64,000 nucleotides of DNA from a virus (taxonomy: Duplodnaviria; Caudoviricetes): the IMG/VR virus record IMGVR_UViG_2926558313_000004, positions 72,969 through 136,968 of that record. The stretch is one strand, 5' to 3'. The first letter of the stretch is position 1. Each line of letters starts with the position of its first letter. Below the pieces are notes generated by a model. That model made no database searches and was not told where the DNA came from. It was given only the letters and a program-made list of their open reading frames with translations. This document shows, one piece after another, positions 58,991 to 64,000 of the stretch. A program made the translations under genes and the position numbers.

Positions 58991-59008
58991 ATAAGGAGTA
59001 TGATGTAA

Positions 59009-59482
59009 ATGGCTATCGAACCAGTAGTTGGATTTTACAACAGGGAAACGAATATCGATCTAAGTGTCGAGGGTTGGACAGTTGGAACAGTTAAGGCAGA
59101 TACAGAGTCAGAAGTTTTACCTTTAAGAGTTTGGAACAATAAAGGCGGAGAAGAATTAGCTTCTACAATGCAAGATTGTGAATTGTATATTTTAGATGAA
59201 AATGAAGTTAAACTTCAACCAATTGTAACCGAAGGATGGCTCAAAGGTTTATGTGCAAGTTTAGGGGATACGGAATTTATTACTATTGACGATCAAACAG
59301 TGTTGAATATTGGATCTAGCGAATCTGATACTTCTAATTATGATATTTTTGGAGACATTAATGACGGTGAAGATACAAACATTCGAAATTTTGCTGATGT
59401 CGATTTAAAATTTGCTGTTCCTTTTGGAGCAACTCATGGTCAGAAAGGCTTTAGCGTAGCCGTAAAATATTTTTATACATAA
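59009..59482 (+). CDS. Hypothetical virion protein
   Basis: ORF with RBS, followed by a terminator hairpin at 59488-59514. Confidence 0.65.
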   Translation: MAIEPVVGFYNRETNIDLSVEGWTVGTVKADTESEVLPLRVWNNKGGEELASTMQDCELYILDENEVKLQPIVTEGWLKGLCASLGDTEFITIDDQTVLNIGSSESDTSNYDIFGDINDGEDTNIRNFADVDLKFAVPFGATHGQKGFSVAVKYFYT

Positions 59483-59535
59483 TTGATGAGGGTTGTATAT
59501 TTTGCAACCCTTTTATAATTGAGAGGGGATTTATT

Positions 59536-60048
59536 TTGAGATTGATGAATTGGTTTGCAGAATATGACAATGAACGCCTAACTGAAGAAAAAAATAATTT
59601 TAATGATATAAATAAAAATAAATTAATTAAATTTGGAATGACTGGAAACGGAACTACCTTTACACACTACATAAAGGACGGATATTTCAAGATAAATCAA
59701 AATTACGTCCATTTTTTATTAGATGACAGTTTAATTGGGAAAACAAATGACATAATTAACTACAAAGAAAAGATTCAAATTACTGATATCTTAAGCAATA
59801 ACGGAAAAACCAAATCAAATATTATAGGTTATTATACTGGCTTTAAAACTGAAAATAATGACTTTAAAGATATAGAAGTGTTGTTTTGGGCTGACTTTGC
59901 TAATAAACAATTAAAGGTAAGATTGAGATTAACGCCCGTAAATAAACTAGAGTGTGATTTTAATGTAGTTATTAATGGGAAAATGAATGAGAAAAAACTG
60001 CTATTTGAAAATCTACATGAAAGAAAAGAGTTTAGTTTTAATATTTAA
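59536..60048 (+). CDS. Hypothetical protein
   Basis: ORF with RBS GAGGGG. Confidence 0.6.
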   Translation: MRLMNWFAEYDNERLTEEKNNFNDINKNKLIKFGMTGNGTTFTHYIKDGYFKINQNYVHFLLDDSLIGKTNDIINYKEKIQITDILSNNGKTKSNIIGYYTGFKTENNDFKDIEVLFWADFANKQLKVRLRLTPVNKLECDFNVVINGKMNEKKLLFENLHERKEFSFNI

Positions 60049-60069
60049 TTCATCGGGAGGTGAATAAGA

Positions 60070-61908
60070 ATGGCGCTTCGTGTTGAGAATATTAGATTCT
60101 CTAAAACAAATTTGAACCTGCAAAATGATGACCACTTGACTATTCTTGCAGACATTATAGTAACGGGAGTAAATGAAAGTGACGAGGGATGGAATAATGT
60201 TAATTATTCTGTAATTGTAAATAATTATGATGACTCTGGCTCAATTATAGCCTCCTCCCCTACTTCATTCTACATTCCTATTTCCGAGTTTGATTTTGGT
60301 GATAATCAAGTCACTACTAGAATCGAAAAAGAGAATGATGTTTTTGAATTTACTTATAATATTATCGGAGAAAATAGAGATACGTTTACATATCTTAGAC
60401 GCTTTCAGTATGATGAATCATTATCTATTTCTGGAGATGTAGAATGGCGTATTGGTGAAGGAATTGTTTTAGATGGGTCAGGCGAAGTTCAACTGGAAAT
60501 ACCAACAGAAGGAAAAGCAAAATTAAAGAGCGTAATGTTTAATGCAATTGACGATCAAGATAATCGTATTTCTATCCATAAAGATTTTACTATAAAAGAA
60601 GAAGTAGACAATGGTGATATCTATAAATTTGACATTGATTTAAATAAATTTAAACATATCAGCTCTTTAGATATCATAGAAAGTCAGGAAGAAGTAGGAT
60701 TAAACCTAAATGTTTTAGCTGAGAGCAAAATAAGCTACCTTTTTTCTAAAGATGAATTGGAATGGAAAGGTTATTTAAATGGAGAATGGGTTACTGATTA
60801 TCAGATGACTAAAGATGAAGTTGAATCATTAACTTCTGTTGAGTTCAGAGAGTTGTTTGGTAATAAAATACATACTGAGACAGTATTCGTCAAAGCATTA
60901 TTATATAGTGAAAATCCTTATATTATTATGATGAGATCTGCTGAATTTGATTATAATAGCAATCAAGCTCCGTGCATCTTCAATGCTTCCATAACTCCAG
61001 ATCCTATTCATGATGAATTTGCCACTCTTACAGCGGATATTGTGGATTATGAAGGAGACGCAATCGAGTACAGAGTGCTTATAAAGAAAAGTGGAGAAGA
61101 AGATTATTATGTCGCTAATGATTGGGAAAGTAGATCTAGTGAAACATCAATTTCACGATCATATAACTACCCTTATTTTAATGTTGGTGAGAATTTAATA
61201 AAAATTGAAGTAAAAGACCAAAGAGGAGCTATCTCTGAGTGGATTGGGAATATTACCTTCATTAACTCTTCACCTAATATTGTCTATACATACAATGATT
61301 TTTCTGTTTCAGGGACAATTTATGATGATGATGGTGATGATGTTACTTATCGTGTATATATTAATGAAGAAATGAAGTTTGATTATTTGCCATTCCATCC
61401 TTCTCCACGAACTTTCTTCTATGAATGGGAATCATCTGATGTAAAAATTGATGATTGGAACACTATTAAAGTGGAAGCAAAAGATTCTTTAGACGATGAA
61501 GTATCTATAGAATTTATGATTATGGGAAGATATAAAGGATTATTATTTATGGATGAAAATGGAGAATATTACACTACAGACAAAGGTGATTTATTGAAGA
61601 TGCTAAATATAGACACCTTGATTGCTGGTCAAACTTCGGATGTCAAAAGAATAACACTTAAAAATTTCTCCAATTATGCAATTGAGGATACAGTGATTAC
61701 TACTGACAGATACGAAATGCCAGACAATGCATTTATTAAATTAGATTTTAATAATGATCCTTTTATACCCAAAGATTCTTTATTGATTAGTGAGATATTA
61801 AATAATGGAGACACAAAAGACTTTTATGTTGTTATCCAAACTGAAATCGGTAGAGGGAAAATGGGGTCAAGATTTAAAATTAATGCACAAGCCAGTCAGG
61901 TTAATTAG
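60070..61908 (+). CDS. Acidic Ig-like-domain virion protein
   Basis: DxEGDAIEY and DDDGDDVTY Ig/cadherin-like motifs. Confidence 0.6.
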   Translation: MALRVENIRFSKTNLNLQNDDHLTILADIIVTGVNESDEGWNNVNYSVIVNNYDDSGSIIASSPTSFYIPISEFDFGDNQVTTRIEKENDVFEFTYNIIGENRDTFTYLRRFQYDESLSISGDVEWRIGEGIVLDGSGEVQLEIPTEGKAKLKSVMFNAIDDQDNRISIHKDFTIKEEVDNGDIYKFDIDLNKFKHISSLDIIESQEEVGLNLNVLAESKISYLFSKDELEWKGYLNGEWVTDYQMTKDEVESLTSVEFRELFGNKIHTETVFVKALLYSENPYIIMMRSAEFDYNSNQAPCIFNASITPDPIHDEFATLTADIVDYEGDAIEYRVLIKKSGEEDYYVANDWESRSSETSISRSYNYPYFNVGENLIKIEVKDQRGAISEWIGNITFINSSPNIVYTYNDFSVSGTIYDDDGDDVTYRVYINEEMKFDYLPFHPSPRTFFYEWESSDVKIDDWNTIKVEAKDSLDDEVSIEFMIMGRYKGLLFMDENGEYYTTDKGDLLKMLNIDTLIAGQTSDVKRITLKNFSNYAIEDTVITTDRYEMPDNAFIKLDFNNDPFIPKDSLLISEILNNGDTKDFYVVIQTEIGRGKMGSRFKINAQASQVN

Positions 61909-61926
61909 GTTGATTGGAGGTTAAAA

Positions 61927-63657
61927 GTGGATGGAAATGAATTAAATCTAAACAATGAGATGTTTGGCGAAGTTGATATAATTGGCACTCGGACTAATCT
62001 GATTCAAGGATCGCTGACTGTAAGAATAGATAGCAGCAATAAAATTGATGGATTGTTGGACATCCCATTATTTTCAAAAGATAACCTATTACATGGAGAA
62101 ATTACAGTCAAAAGAGAATCAATTGCTTCATTTAATGGTTCTATAATGATTGATGTTACCAACTTTATGTTTGGCGAAGTTGATATATATGATACTCCTG
62201 AGAACAGACAATATGGGATTTTAGTAAAAGATAGTTATACACTCTCAACTCATCCTAATATTAACTATGGTCAAGATAGCATTCTGTATTTTTCAAATGA
62301 CAGTACCGTATTCCTTGAGTATTCTTTTAGTGCTAATCAGTTTGAGCTTTTTTATCCTGAAAATGAGTTAGATGCTCATTTATCAATTTATTTAAATAGA
62401 GCATTACAACAACCGGCACAAGGCGAAGTCTACTTGACCTCTACTCATTGGTTTGAAGATGCTATTACAGATTCCAATAAGCCTGACGTAGAGCATGTGT
62501 TATCATTTGATGTCCCTTTGAACTATATCGGATGGATTGACATTCCAATTGGGAATTTGTTAAAAGATTACAACAAGTTATCCTCATTTAACTTTGCTCT
62601 AGCCGTTAAAATAAATACTAGTAGCTTCACCCGCTCTCCAAGCAGGGAAGGAAGTTATGAACTCTCACCAAAATTATATTATAAGTATAATTACATCCCC
62701 CCTACTCTACGTGTAAGAAAAATATATGGTGAAATTGTTGTACGAAAAGATAGTACAGATAAATTTAATGGCTATTTAGAAGTCGATAGCTCTTACAATG
62801 AAGAAAAATTAGATGGGATAATTAGTGTTCCTAAATATAATGGATTGAGAAGCTTTTCAGGTAGCATGTTCGTTATTCAAAGACCAATCGAATCAAAGCT
62901 CGAAGGTGTACTAAATATTCCACTGCTTGAGCAAACAAGTCTTTTTAATGGAACAATTAGAGTTTCAAAAACTAACGAGGATTATTTGTACGGTAGTTTA
63001 AGCATTCCTTTGTTTAGTAATGAAAGATTATTTAATGGAACATTAACTGTACAAAAAGAAGAAATATCACTTTTAAATGGTGATTTATCTATTCCATTAT
63101 TTGAAGATGTAAGCACTCTACAAGGCTCAATTACAATAGAAAAAGAAGAAATAAATTATCTACAAGGTCAAGTAATAATACCCATATTTGATGAGTTGCA
63201 ATCCTTTAGTGGCTATATAACTGTTGAGCAAGTATCTACAATAAAAATAAGTGGATTATTAGATGTTCCATTATTTGAAAATGTAAGCATATTACAAGGG
63301 ACAATTATAGTTGAAAAGCAAAGCGTAAATTATCTACAAGGTCAAGTGATAATACCTTTATTCGATGAGTTAGATTCTTTTAATGGCAACTTAACAGTTG
63401 GGCAAGTTTCTACTATAAAAATAAATGGGTTGTTAGATGTTCCATTATTTGAAAATCAAAGTCAATTTGATGGAACTTTGGATGTTCAAGAAATGTGGAA
63501 TTCGTTATTTGACGGTATGATTGATATACCTTTATTCCAACAAAGTGCAAGTTTTGATGGAAGCCTCTCTGTGATGCCTGTAAACATAAGCATGTTGAAA
63601 GGAATCATTAGAGTTTCATCCGGTAGGAGAAGTCGAGCATATGTGTATATTATGTGA
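61927..63657 (+). CDS. Repetitive beta-rich virion protein
   Basis: G-x-L-x-(I/V)PLF units with 58-aa (174-bp) periodicity. Confidence 0.65.
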   Translation: MDGNELNLNNEMFGEVDIIGTRTNLIQGSLTVRIDSSNKIDGLLDIPLFSKDNLLHGEITVKRESIASFNGSIMIDVTNFMFGEVDIYDTPENRQYGILVKDSYTLSTHPNINYGQDSILYFSNDSTVFLEYSFSANQFELFYPENELDAHLSIYLNRALQQPAQGEVYLTSTHWFEDAITDSNKPDVEHVLSFDVPLNYIGWIDIPIGNLLKDYNKLSSFNFALAVKINTSSFTRSPSREGSYELSPKLYYKYNYIPPTLRVRKIYGEIVVRKDSTDKFNGYLEVDSSYNEEKLDGIISVPKYNGLRSFSGSMFVIQRPIESKLEGVLNIPLLEQTSLFNGTIRVSKTNEDYLYGSLSIPLFSNERLFNGTLTVQKEEISLLNGDLSIPLFEDVSTLQGSITIEKEEINYLQGQVIIPIFDELQSFSGYITVEQVSTIKISGLLDVPLFENVSILQGTIIVEKQSVNYLQGQVIIPLFDELDSFNGNLTVGQVSTIKINGLLDVPLFENQSQFDGTLDVQEMWNSLFDGMIDIPLFQQSASFDGSLSVMPVNISMLKGIIRVSSGRRSRAYVYIM

Positions 63658-63763
63658 ACATGAATAGTTGCATAAAAAATTTTTAAATTCCTATTAAACA
63701 TCTACTACCTTCGTCCGATATAATTACTGTAAGTTAAAATATAAACATCATGGAGGATGTCTA

Positions 63764-64000
63764 ATGGGATTAGTCATTGGTCGCAAGGAAGGCGAAGCTA
63801 TAATTATTGGAGATTTAATTAGAATTGAGGTTTTTGAAGAAAATGGATTATTGCGCTTAGATATTGATGCTCCAAAGGAGATTAATATTGTTAGGGAGGA
63901 AATTTATAATCCAAAGAATAAAAATTCTTCAAAGGCTCTTTATGAGTTTGCAAAAACTCATGAGAAACTGTTCAAACCCTCTTCTATTGAGGAGGTTTGA
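63764..64000 (+). CDS. csrA: CsrA/RsmA translational regulator homologue
   Basis: LVIGRKEGEAIIIGD.I.I...LRLDIDAPKEINIVREEIY; RBS GGAGG; stop codon at 64000. Confidence 0.88.
   Translation: MGLVIGRKEGEAIIIGDLIRIEVFEENGLLRLDIDAPKEINIVREEIYNPKNKNSSKALYEFAKTHEKLFKPSSIEEV

Noticed and set aside
2075-63701. Many short antisense ORFs in the track (e.g. 2075-2275, 8680-8988, 15877-16257, 45791-46126, 51260-51592)
   Set aside because: They shadow well-supported genes on the opposite strand or in another frame and have no RBS or recognisable motifs
1-64000. tRNA or rRNA genes; diversity-generating retroelement
   Set aside because: No cloverleaf or rRNA signatures, reverse transcriptase or TR/VR pair recognised by eye

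Overview
AT-rich (roughly 30% GC by eye) segment of a large SPbeta-like temperate siphophage of a Bacillaceae-type host. It probably persists as a plasmid (phage-plasmid). Left arm, mostly minus strand: a type I toxin-antitoxin locus, a PcrA/UvrD helicase, an iteron-type origin next to an HTH initiator, RecD2, an FtsK/SpoIIIE + VirB6-like + pilin-like + M23 peptidase module, and a TubZ/TubR partition system. Right arm, plus strand: a YonO-like single-subunit RNA polymerase, HU, PIN-PhoH, a metallophosphoesterase, a ClpP-like protease, head and tail morphogenesis genes, and a CsrA homologue at the window end. Four group I introns with sequence-resolvable splice sites are present. One splits the terminase Walker A motif and carries a LAGLIDADG-AP2 endonuclease. 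Three ORF-less introns interrupt the tape-measure gene, and one of its exons (136 nt) is missing from the ORF track. An accessory island (34.9-42.9 kb) inside the tail operon holds a tyrosine recombinase, a GNAT toxin flanked by twin basic peptides, two parallel repressor modules, and an antirepressor-RsfA fusion interrupted by a TnpB-only IS200/605 element. It ends with an orphan PemK/MazF-family nuclease followed by a separately promoted small RNA with two covarying hairpin repeats, a candidate RNA antitoxin. All family assignments come from motif recognition by eye; no database search was run.
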